Below, piece by piece: positions 7,496-15,101 of a stretch of 25,114 nt of DNA; within the stretch, counting starts at the first letter, position 1; every line of letters starts with the position of its first letter. Location of the stretch: assembly GCA_966251085.1 (NCBI GenBank), contig CBINJX010000001.1:1-25114 (forward strand). Reading direction: 5' to 3'. A model generated the notes under the pieces. It saw nothing but the letters and a program-made list of their open reading frames with translations. It was not told where the DNA came from and did no database searches. A program made the position numbers and the translations under genes. Origin of the DNA: an uncultured Verrucomicrobiales bacterium. Its GTDB lineage: Bacteria > Verrucomicrobiota > Verrucomicrobiia > Chthoniobacterales > Chthoniobacteraceae.

Positions 7496-8181
7496 TGCGG
7501 CTCGAACAGTTCCTTGAGCAAACTGCCGCCGGGCTACCCCATGGATCGGTGTGGATGCTCGCGATCGCGGTGATTGGCGGTGTGCTGGCCAGTGCGGTCT
7601 GTCCATGCACACTGCCGGTTGGACTCGGCGTTGCGGGCATGGCCGCGGCTTCAGAGGGGCAATCGCGCCGGGCGGGTCTGGGCATCGCCCTGAGTTTCTT
7701 CGCGGGTATTGTCGTCAATCTGACAATTCTCGGTGCGCTTGCAGGCCGGCTCGGCGCGGTGCTTAGCGAATCTTTCGGCCGGTTCTGGACCGCTGCGATG
7801 GCGCTTCTTGCGATTACCGCAGCAGTGATCGCATTTCTCGGGCCGCGGCTGAAAGCTGATCAACTTGCGGCTTTGCGGCGACCTGGAGTGGTTGGCGCAT
7901 TCAGTTACGGCTTCGTGTTCAGCCTCGGGACCTCCGTCGCACCTCTACTGGTGCTGATGACCTTTGCCGCAGCTCAGGCAAGTCCGCTTTACGGCACTAT
8001 GCTGGCGCTCGCCTTCGGCATCGGACGAGGATTGCCTTTTCTGCTGGTCGGGGTTTTCGCGGGCACACTGATGCGCTTTGTTCATTTGGGCGCATGGCGC
8101 CGCACCGTGCAGATCGCGAGCGGGTGCATCCTGCTGCTGCTGAGTCTCTATTTCCTGAGAGCACTGGCTGCCTTCATCTGA
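7492..8181 (+). CDS. CcdA/DsbD-beta-fold membrane protein with a CPC motif
   Basis: About six TM segments, ASAVCPCTLP (CcdA-like SPCxLP) and F.IGRGLPFLL. The start overlaps the upstream stop (ATGA). The second conserved PC motif is replaced by GTSVAP. Confidence 0.75.
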   Translation: MMRLEQFLEQTAAGLPHGSVWMLAIAVIGGVLASAVCPCTLPVGLGVAGMAAASEGQSRRAGLGIALSFFAGIVVNLTILGALAGRLGAVLSESFGRFWTAAMALLAITAAVIAFLGPRLKADQLAALRRPGVVGAFSYGFVFSLGTSVAPLLVLMTFAAAQASPLYGTMLALAFGIGRGLPFLLVGVFAGTLMRFVHLGAWRRTVQIASGCILLLLSLYFLRALAAFI

Positions 8182-8191
8182 TTTGCATCCG

Positions 8192-8230
8192 CCCCTTGAC
8201 CTTGGAGTTAAGTCCAAGGCGTAGCGTGCC
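8192..8230 (+). promoter_or_regulatory. MerR-family promoter/operator 2
   Basis: -35 TTGACC (8196-8201), 20-bp spacer, TAGCGT (8222-8227), perfect dyad CCTTGGA-GTTAAG-TCCAAGG. Identical to promoter 1 at 33 of 39 positions. Confidence 0.8.
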
Positions 8231-8259
8231 TACAACGAAACACCGAAAGTATCACGACG

Positions 8260-10653
8260 ATGGCTACTGAAACCGTTCAAATGAAAGTCTCCGGGCTGAT
8301 GTGCTCGTTCTGCACGATGAGTGTGGAGAAGGCACTCAAGCGTCACCAAGGGGTCAAAAGCGTCATGGTCAATCTCGTTCACGGCATCGTGCTCGTGGAA
8401 GCAGACACCAAGCAGATCAGCCGTGACGAGCTGGCGGGTGCGGTCGAGAGCCTGGGGTATGATGTCTCGGCAACCGAGGCGCAGCAATACACCACAGACG
8501 AAGGTCTCTTTAAGCTGATCAAAACCCGCGGACGCATCGGCATGGCACTCGCGATCCTCGATCTCGCAGTAGATCCGCTCAACCTTTTCGCACTGCCAGC
8601 GCAGGTGCGCGGCTGGTTCAGCTTTGCCGTTGCCGCGTTCATCCTTTTCTGGGTCGGCTATCCGATCCTGCGCAAGACGCTCATGGCGCTACGGAACCGC
8701 GTCATCAATGCCAACGTGCTGCTGTCCGCCGGCGCGTGGGGTTCCTTCATCGTCGGGACTTTATCGCTCTTTGACCCACGGTGGCCGAATTTCCTGCCTG
8801 TCGCGGGCTGGCTGATGGCGCTGCATCTCTTCTTTGGGTTTTTCAAACTCGATACCCGGAAGAAGGCGTCTGAAGCCGTTCGTAAGTTGCTCGCACTTCA
8901 ACCTTCACGAGCACGCGTATTACGAGGGGATGAGCCAGTCGAAGTTCTCACGAGCGATGTTGTCAAAGGCGAAGTCGTCATCGTGCGACCTGGCGAACGC
9001 ATCCCGCTCGATGGTGAGGTGATCGATGGTGCCGCAAGCGTTGACGAGTCGAGCTTCACTGGCGAATCGGTGCCGGACACAAAGTCCACCGGCTCTAACG
9101 TAATCGGTGGCACGCTCAACCTAGATGGCGAACTCAAAGTGCGCGTGACCAAAGTCGGGGAAGAGAGTTTCCTGACTCAAATCGTCAGGCTGATGACCCG
9201 GATCGCCGAGCGAAAACCACCGGTGGAGCTACTGGCAGACCGACTAATGAACTTCTATGGACCGGTCGTTTTCATCGTCGCCGCGATCGCCTTCGCCGGC
9301 TGGCTGATTTTCACCGGTAACGCGCTCGCCGCTACGCTCGTGTTACTGACCACAATCATTATGGGTTACCCGTGCGCACTTGGCATCACTACGCCGATGT
9401 TGGCAGCGATTGCAGGAGGCAAGGGCATTGCCATCGGTCTCCTCGTCAAAGCGAGCGAAGTTTTCCATGAGCTTTCGACGGTCGACACCGTGGTCCTCGA
9501 TAAGACTGGCACGCTCACCTATGGACGTCCGACTGTCACTGATGTGGAACCCTTCGGTGTTTCTCGTGCTGAGCTACTTGCCATTGCAGGGGCAGTCGAA
9601 GGCCCCTCCGAGCACCCGCTCGGGCAAGCCATTGGATTCTTTGCACAGCGTGAAGGCGCCCCGAAGAAAGCGGCTACGAACTTCCGGGCGGTGCCCGGCA
9701 AGGGCGTTTCCGCGGTGCTGAATGACGTTGAAGTGATCGCCGGCAAGCCTTCGTTCATCGAAGAGCGCGGGATCCGGTTTTCAGAGGAAGTGAGCGCAAG
9801 AATCGAGGCACTCGGTGCGCAGGGGAAAACAGTCGTTATCGTTGCGCGGAACGGTCAGCCTATCGGTGCTCTCGCGCTCCAGGACACGCCACGCCGCGGC
9901 GCCGACGGATTGATGGAGAAGCTGCGCGGTCACAACATCAAGACCGTAATGCTCACAGGGGATGCCCGCCGTGTAGCCGAAGCCATTGGCTCCCAACTCG
10001 GCGTCGATGAAGTCCGCGCCGAACTGCTGCCCGACCAGAAGGTGCGCGCGATCGAGGATCTGCAGCACGCAGGGCGCAAAGTCGCCATGGTTGGTGACGG
10101 GATCAACGATGCCCCTGCCCTTGCGCAATCCAACGTCGGAATTGCCATTGGCGCAGGCACCGATGTTGCGATCGAATCCGCAGGTGTCATCCTCGTCGGC
10201 GACCGCATTGACGATGTGTTCAGCGCGATCCTCTTGGGCCGCGCCAGCTACCGCACAATGACCGGCAACGTCATCGTTGCTGTGCTCTTCAACATCGCCG
10301 GAATGATCCTTGCCGCTATTGGATTCATCACTCCCGTGCTCGCCATCGGGTTTATGGTGCTGAGCATCTTCGCCATTCTGCTCAACACGCTACGCATCCG
10401 CTCCATCAACTTGCAGCGCGAAGAACTGACGGAGGGAAGTCCCCTCGCGGAGGCCGATTTTTTTGTCCCGAACATGGTTTGCGAGGGCTGCGCTGAGAAG
10501 ATCACCTCGGTGCTCAACTCCGTGCCGGGCGTCCGGCAGGTCACACCGAAAGTTCCGCAGAAGCACATCTACGTGCGATACGAGCCCGCGAAAGTACAGG
10601 AACAGCAACTGCAAGCCGCGATGAACAAGGCTGGCTTTACTGCCGTGGCCTAA
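8260..10653 (+). CDS. Heavy-metal-translocating P1B-type ATPase with a YPC motif and N- and C-terminal HMA domains
   Basis: 797 aa. N-terminal GLMCSFC, A-domain TGES, membrane motif YPCALG, DKTGT phosphorylation site, SEHPL, MLTGD, GDGINDAP and C-terminal NMVCEGC HMA. Confidence 0.92.
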   Translation: MATETVQMKVSGLMCSFCTMSVEKALKRHQGVKSVMVNLVHGIVLVEADTKQISRDELAGAVESLGYDVSATEAQQYTTDEGLFKLIKTRGRIGMALAILDLAVDPLNLFALPAQVRGWFSFAVAAFILFWVGYPILRKTLMALRNRVINANVLLSAGAWGSFIVGTLSLFDPRWPNFLPVAGWLMALHLFFGFFKLDTRKKASEAVRKLLALQPSRARVLRGDEPVEVLTSDVVKGEVVIVRPGERIPLDGEVIDGAASVDESSFTGESVPDTKSTGSNVIGGTLNLDGELKVRVTKVGEESFLTQIVRLMTRIAERKPPVELLADRLMNFYGPVVFIVAAIAFAGWLIFTGNALAATLVLLTTIIMGYPCALGITTPMLAAIAGGKGIAIGLLVKASEVFHELSTVDTVVLDKTGTLTYGRPTVTDVEPFGVSRAELLAIAGAVEGPSEHPLGQAIGFFAQREGAPKKAATNFRAVPGKGVSAVLNDVEVIAGKPSFIEERGIRFSEEVSARIEALGAQGKTVVIVARNGQPIGALALQDTPRRGADGLMEKLRGHNIKTVMLTGDARRVAEAIGSQLGVDEVRAELLPDQKVRAIEDLQHAGRKVAMVGDGINDAPALAQSNVGIAIGAGTDVAIESAGVILVGDRIDDVFSAILLGRASYRTMTGNVIVAVLFNIAGMILAAIGFITPVLAIGFMVLSIFAILLNTLRIRSINLQREELTEGSPLAEADFFVPNMVCEGCAEKITSVLNSVPGVRQVTPKVPQKHIYVRYEPAKVQEQQLQAAMNKAGFTAVA

Positions 10654-10730
10654 CTTCTACAGCCGCACTATGATCTGCGATTCCGGAAAGACTTGTGCGG
10701 TCATGCGCCGTAATACGCTACTCCACTAAA

Positions 10731-11195
10731 ATGAGCGCAGATTCAGACCAACAGCTCCTTATTGGTCACCTCGCCAAGCTCGCTGGGGTCAAAACCGATA
10801 CGATTCGATTCTACGAACGAAGCGGGCTGCTGCCAAAGCCAGAGCGCAAGGTGAGTGGTTACCGTGTTTATGACGAGTCTGCGGTGAAGCGCGTCCGCTT
10901 CATCAAAAAGGCGCAGGCACTCGGGTTCTCCCTCGACGAGATCCGCCGCATCCTGAGCCTTAGCGGGCAGGGTGCGGAGACGTGCCGGTGTGTTATCTCG
11001 ATGGCTGAAGCCACACTCGCAGAAACCGAGGCAAAGCTTAAGGAGATGCAGAGGTTTGCTGACGCTCTGAGCGAAAATTTGGCTCGCTGGCGCAAAATGT
11101 CGGGCAGAGGTAGACGCGTAGCCGATGAATTCTGCCGACTTATTGAGTCAGGTTCAGATCAGACGACTCCTTCCGAACCAGGCCGCTCCTCGTGA
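10731..11195 (+). CDS. MerR-family heavy-metal-responsive transcriptional regulator
   Basis: IGHLAKLAGVKTDTIRFYERSGLLPKPER..SGYR.Y...V.R..FI..AQ.LGFSL.EI is a MerR HTH. Cys residues at 85, 87 and 135. Start ATG 10731. Confidence 0.92.
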   Translation: MSADSDQQLLIGHLAKLAGVKTDTIRFYERSGLLPKPERKVSGYRVYDESAVKRVRFIKKAQALGFSLDEIRRILSLSGQGAETCRCVISMAEATLAETEAKLKEMQRFADALSENLARWRKMSGRGRRVADEFCRLIESGSDQTTPSEPGRSS

Positions 11196-11410
11196 CCACA
11201 TAACTTGGCCCTCTCGTGCAGCTACGAGCAGGATCTCACGAGTACCTAGCGGTCCCGTGCCATCGAAGGTAACCGGCGCACCGCTCGGCATCGATTTCGA
11301 TGCGGAACTGGAGAAAACTGAACCAAGCCTGTTCAATCTCGATGATACAGACCAACTCAGCCAGTTAACCTACTCGCGCAGCAAAACGGAGGCATTGTAG
11401 GTGCGGTATA

Positions 11411-11441
11411 AAAGGCCGGGGATCAATTCCTACCGGCCTTT
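11411..11441 (-). terminator. Intrinsic terminator after the arsR-DUF6428-arsC operon
   Basis: Stem AAAGGCCGG / CCGGCCTTT. On the minus strand it is followed by TTTTAT, about 55 nt after the arsC stop. Confidence 0.65.
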
Positions 11442-11497
11442 GCGAAGTTGATCAGGTGACCGGCAGCACGCGGACCGGCCACACGCGGAGGATAATA

Positions 11498-11938
11498 TCA
11501 GGACGAACGCAACGCCTGCCGGTATCCCGCCGCGTAGGCATCGAAGACGCGCCTGATCTCATCGCGCACTCGGCGAAAGACGGCAAGTTGCTCTTCCTCG
11601 CTGCCAGTAGCATGTGCGGGGTCATCAAAACCCCAGTGGTAGCGGTTCACCTGACCGGGGAACATGGGGCATGCCTGATCAGCATTGCCGCAGACAGTAA
11701 CCACCGTATTTACCTGCTCATCGAGAAACTCGCTGAGGTGCTTGGAGCGGTGCCCCGAGATGTCGATCCCGATCTCCTGCATCACCTTGATCGCAAGCGG
11801 ATGGACGTAACCCGCCGGTTTCGAGCCGGCACTCGCCACATCAAGGATATCACCGGCCGCGGCCCGCAAGATACCTTCGGCGAGATGGGATCGGCACGAA
11901 TTGCCGGTGCAGAGAATGAGAATCAATGGTTTCGTCAT
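11498..11938 (-). CDS. arsC: Arsenate reductase, thioredoxin-coupled LMW-PTP family
   Basis: P-loop CTGNSCRS, distal redox pair [10 protein letters not shown] and DDP motif, in an ars gene context. Confidence 0.9.
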   Translation of the reverse strand: MTKPLILILCTGNSCRSHLAEGILRAAAGDILDVASAGSKPAGYVHPLAIKVMQEIGIDISGHRSKHLSEFLDEQVNTVVTVCGNADQACPMFPGQVNRYHWGFDDPAHATGSEEEQLAVFRRVRDEIRRVFDAYAAGYRQALRSS

Positions 11939-11950
11939 GGCCTCGGCGAG

Positions 11951-12412
11951 TCAGCAGCAGCCTCCACCAGGGCAGCAGCTATCCCCGTTGTTCCCAGTAG
12001 CGGGAATGCAGACGTCCTTAGCCAAGCAGTCTGTCTTTTTCTCCGTGAGCTGGAAGGAAAGCACCCCGTTTGCAGCTTGTGCCGAGACAATCGGAAACTG
12101 GGAGAGATTGCAGTCCTCGTACTCCACTTCGACATCGAGATCATCCCCGTTGAGGAGAGGCTCCGCTTTGGTCAGGATCGATGCCAGAGTCCCGGGAAGC
12201 AGACGGTGATCGGTATCATCCGCCACCCATGCCTGGAGCGTGCATGCAGCCACATGCCGGATCGTTCCTCCGCAGTCGATGAATCGTCTGTCAGTGCGGC
12301 CGACCTCAGTGATGTGAGCGTGCGCCTCGATCCTACCGCCGTCCTCTAGGACAAAGCAGAGTTCGTGTTCTGGATGTTGCTCAAGGTTTCGTTTGAATTC
12401 GGATAATTTCAT
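11951..12412 (-). CDS. DUF6428-like protein with Cys-rich C-terminus (ars-associated, function unknown)
   Basis: MKLSEF...L.F....G..I.AH.HITEVG......DCGG..R......Q.W...D..HRL....L..I......L...DL.VEVEY is the pattern I recognise as DUF6428. The tail is CLAKDVC...SCCPGGGCC. Start ATG 12412. Confidence 0.75.
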   Translation of the reverse strand: MKLSEFKRNLEQHPEHELCFVLEDGGRIEAHAHITEVGRTDRRFIDCGGTIRHVAACTLQAWVADDTDHRLLPGTLASILTKAEPLLNGDDLDVEVEYEDCNLSQFPIVSAQAANGVLSFQLTEKKTDCLAKDVCIPATGNNGDSCCPGGGCC

Positions 12413-12523
12413 GTAGTTCGGAGTGAAGAGATGCATGGAGACGAGGGAGAAATTGGAGCGCCATCTGGCGACGGACGCTGTTTGGAAGAAGTTAAAAACC
12501 CGTCTTCTGAATTGCAGAGCCGG

Positions 12524-12958
12524 CTACCGGTTCGGCTTTACTGCCTTGCGATGCGTTGCCGAGGACTTCACCGGCCGTTCGGGGCAGCAGGATGTCGCTT
12601 GCTCGGCGCCAGCGGAAAGATCCGCAAGCCACCCCACCTTTGGCACAAGAGCCTGCAATCGGAGCAGGTCCGCCTTAAAAATGGGATGCGTTTGCACACA
12701 GTCCTGCAGGCACTTGAGATTTGCTTCCAGTTCTGCTGCGGGTTGCTGCGGCAGCGAGTAGATCATCCAGTTCTGGTGACGCTGGGCGTGAACGATGCCC
12801 TTCTCCTTCATGTAGGCGAGATGCTTCGAGATCTTCACCTGAGGTTCATCCAGTAATTCCTGAAGATGACACACGCAAAGAGGCCCGCGCCGCAGCAGGT
12901 TAATGATGCGGAGGCGGGTTTCGTCGCAGAAGCACTGATAAATTTGGATCAGGTCCAC
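12524..12958 (-). CDS. arsR: ArsR/SmtB-family repressor
   Basis: DETRLRIINLL..GPLCVCHL...L...Q..ISKHLAY.K..G.V...R...W..YSL, with the alpha3 LCVC metal motif. The start is probably GTG 12958 (MDLIQIYQC). Confidence 0.9.
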   Translation of the reverse strand: MDLIQIYQCFCDETRLRIINLLRRGPLCVCHLQELLDEPQVKISKHLAYMKEKGIVHAQRHQNWMIYSLPQQPAAELEANLKCLQDCVQTHPIFKADLLRLQALVPKVGWLADLSAGAEQATSCCPERPVKSSATHRKAVKPNR

Positions 12959-12964
12959 GGCTTG

Positions 12965-12993
12965 ACTATGCACTCGCGGGTATATACCGTCAA
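12965..12993 (-). promoter_or_regulatory. Candidate sigma70 promoter of arsR
   Basis: Minus strand: TTGACG (12993-12988), 17 bp, CATAGT (12970-12965), then 6 nt to GTG 12958. The palindrome GGTATATACC overlaps the spacer. Confidence 0.5.
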
Positions 12994-13071
12994 CAGCATA
13001 TAGATCGACCATCCTTCAATGGTCCCGCATTTACCAACCTTGGGATCCAATACGATGAAGACTAGCCCTCA

Positions 13072-13350
13072 ATGCCTGAGGCTCTGCACTTCGACCCAAC
13101 CCGCCCGTGCTGTGCAACACTGGCCGCGGTCGATCTTTTCCCCGATCTGCTGAACCTCAAAACGAACCAGATTAACCGTGGCCGTGTTGCCTCTGTAATT
13201 GTGGAATCCTCCGGTCTGGGGGTGCGGCATAGCGAAGTAGTCGTGGACGAACAAGCGTGGGACGCGTGCGTAAAGGCTCCGCACTTCCGTGCCTGTTACG
13301 ATCTGAGCATGGCCAAACTCGCACTCCAGGGGGCTCTCGGGCCGAGGTAG
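13072..13350 (+). CDS. Small hypothetical protein with CC and two further Cys, first gene of the acr3 operon
   Basis: 92 aa: [27 protein letters not shown]...[44 protein letters not shown] start, host-like codon choice, divergent from arsR, ending 32 nt before acr3. No family recognised. Confidence 0.6.
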   Translation: MPEALHFDPTRPCCATLAAVDLFPDLLNLKTNQINRGRVASVIVESSGLGVRHSEVVVDEQAWDACVKAPHFRACYDLSMAKLALQGALGPR

Positions 13351-13382
13351 TTCGCTCTCCTTCTTTTTCACTTACTCCGTTT

Positions 13383-14480
13383 ATGAACGCACCCGCCACA
13401 AACGCATCTGTCGCGCGAAGGATGTCCTTCCTGGACCGTTATCTCACGGTCTGGATCTTCGCCGCGATGGCAATCGGTATCGCCATCGGCCACTTCATCA
13501 TCACCGATCCTGAGGCCTTCTTCGCTCCAATGACCATCGGCACCACCAATCTTCCGATCGCGATTGGTCTCATCCTCATGATGTATCCGCCGCTTGCGAA
13601 GGTGAAGTATTCACAGATCCACAAGGTTTTCTCCAATACGCGGATCCTGGGCCTCTCCTTGCTGCAGAACTGGATTATCGGACCGGTGCTCATGTTCCTG
13701 CTGGCGGTGACACTCCTGAGGGATCATCCCGACTACACGGTCGGCCTTATTCTCGTGGGGATTGCCCGCTGTATTGCGATGGTGCTCGTGTGGAATGACC
13801 TGGCAGATGGCAGTCGTGAGTATGCCGCCGGACTCGTGGCGCTTAACAGCATCGCGCAGATTCTCTTTTACAGCGCCTTCGCGTGGCTCTTTATCACGGT
13901 GCTCCCGCCTTACTTCGGTCTAGAGGGCAAGCTCGTGGAGGTCTCGATGACCGACATTTTCTGGAGCGTGATGATCTATCTCGGAATCCCGTTTGCCGCG
14001 GGCCTGCTCAGCCGGGTGATTCTCGTGCCGTTGAAAGGCGAGGCATGGTACGAGCAGAAGTTCATCCCCCGGGTCTCGCCAATCACGCTCGTTGCGTTGC
14101 TTTTCACCATTATCGCGATGTTCACCTTCAAGGGACACGCCATCGTCGAACTGCCGCTGGATGTAGTGCGGATCGCCATCCCGCTCGTGATCTACTTCGT
14201 GTTCATGTTCCTGGTGAGCTTCTTCATGGCCAAGCGATTGGGGGCGGATTACCCGCGCTCCACGTCGCTCGCCTTCACCTCGGCCGGGAACAACTTTGAA
14301 TTGGCCATCGCTGTGGCAATCGCCGTCTTCGGCATAAAATCAGGCGCAGCTTTCGCCGCAGTCGTCGGACCGCTCATTGAAGTGCCGGCCCTGATCGGTC
14401 TTGTCCACGTCGCCCTGCGATTCCGCCGCGGCTTTACCCAGTCCAGTGTCGGAAACGAGAAATTGACGCCCGTTTCATGA
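13383..14480 (+). CDS. acr3: Acr3-family arsenite efflux transporter
   Basis: [52 protein letters not shown] and [27 protein letters not shown]. Start ATG 13383. Confidence 0.95.
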   Translation: MNAPATNASVARRMSFLDRYLTVWIFAAMAIGIAIGHFIITDPEAFFAPMTIGTTNLPIAIGLILMMYPPLAKVKYSQIHKVFSNTRILGLSLLQNWIIGPVLMFLLAVTLLRDHPDYTVGLILVGIARCIAMVLVWNDLADGSREYAAGLVALNSIAQILFYSAFAWLFITVLPPYFGLEGKLVEVSMTDIFWSVMIYLGIPFAAGLLSRVILVPLKGEAWYEQKFIPRVSPITLVALLFTIIAMFTFKGHAIVELPLDVVRIAIPLVIYFVFMFLVSFFMAKRLGADYPRSTSLAFTSAGNNFELAIAVAIAVFGIKSGAAFAAVVGPLIEVPALIGLVHVALRFRRGFTQSSVGNEKLTPVS

Positions 14481-15042
14481 ACGTGCCAACGGACATGCTG
14501 ACCGAAGAGCTGCGCACCCGCCTGTTCGCCTTCATTTTTTCGCGGGTGCGCAGTCATGAAGTCGCTGAGGATCTGACGCAGGAAACGCTCGTGCGCGCGG
14601 CACGCAGCCTCGGAGAAACGGACATTGAAAACGTCGAGGGTTGGCTCTTCCGTGTGGCTCGGAATGCTGTCACCGATCATTTTCGCGACAGCAAAGCTCA
14701 GGTCGAGTGGCAGGAACACGAGCACGGTGAAGCAACCCACGAGGACGCGCTGACGAAGGAGGAAGCGGCGTTGCGCAACAACTCGCGCTTTATTTGCGGG
14801 GAGTAGTGGACGGGCTACCCGAGCCATACCGCGAGGCACTGCTGCTTACGGAGTATCAAGGCCTCACCCAGAAGGAACTTGCTGAGAGGCTCGACATCAC
14901 CCTTTCCTGCGCAAAATCCCGCGTGCAGCGGGCTCGTGCCGAGGTAAGGCGCACGATCGATCACTGCTGTCGTGTAGCCACAGATGCTTACGGGCAGATC
15001 ACCGACATGGAACCACGCCATCGGCCAGCTTGCGATTGCTGA
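14477..15042 (+). pseudogene. sigZ: SigZ-like ECF sigma factor split by a 1-nt frameshift (pseudogene or sequencing error)
   Basis: The region-2 half (L.AFI.SRV...VAEDLTQET......WLFRVARNAV.DHFR) runs from 14477. The region-4 half (LPEPYREALLLTEYQGLTQKELAERL.I.LS.AKSRVQRAR....TIDHCC) lies in another frame. Adding one base at about 14777 joins them as ALR-x-QLALYLRGVVDGLPE. The C-terminus is HCC...ACDC. Confidence 0.8.
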
Positions 15043-15101
15043 AGAAATCCTGCCTCCTTTTCTGCGGTGCCACGTCTTTGCAGATGAAACCAAAACTTCA
15101 C

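Noticed and set aside
11456-12349. 297-aa plus-strand ORF
   Set aside because: An antisense shadow of arsC and the DUF6428-like gene, with no motifs of its own.
13069-13371. 100-aa minus-strand ORF opposite the small Cys protein
   Set aside because: The plus-strand ORF fits the operon direction and has plausible As ligands. The minus ORF has no motif. This is not fully excluded without a homology search.
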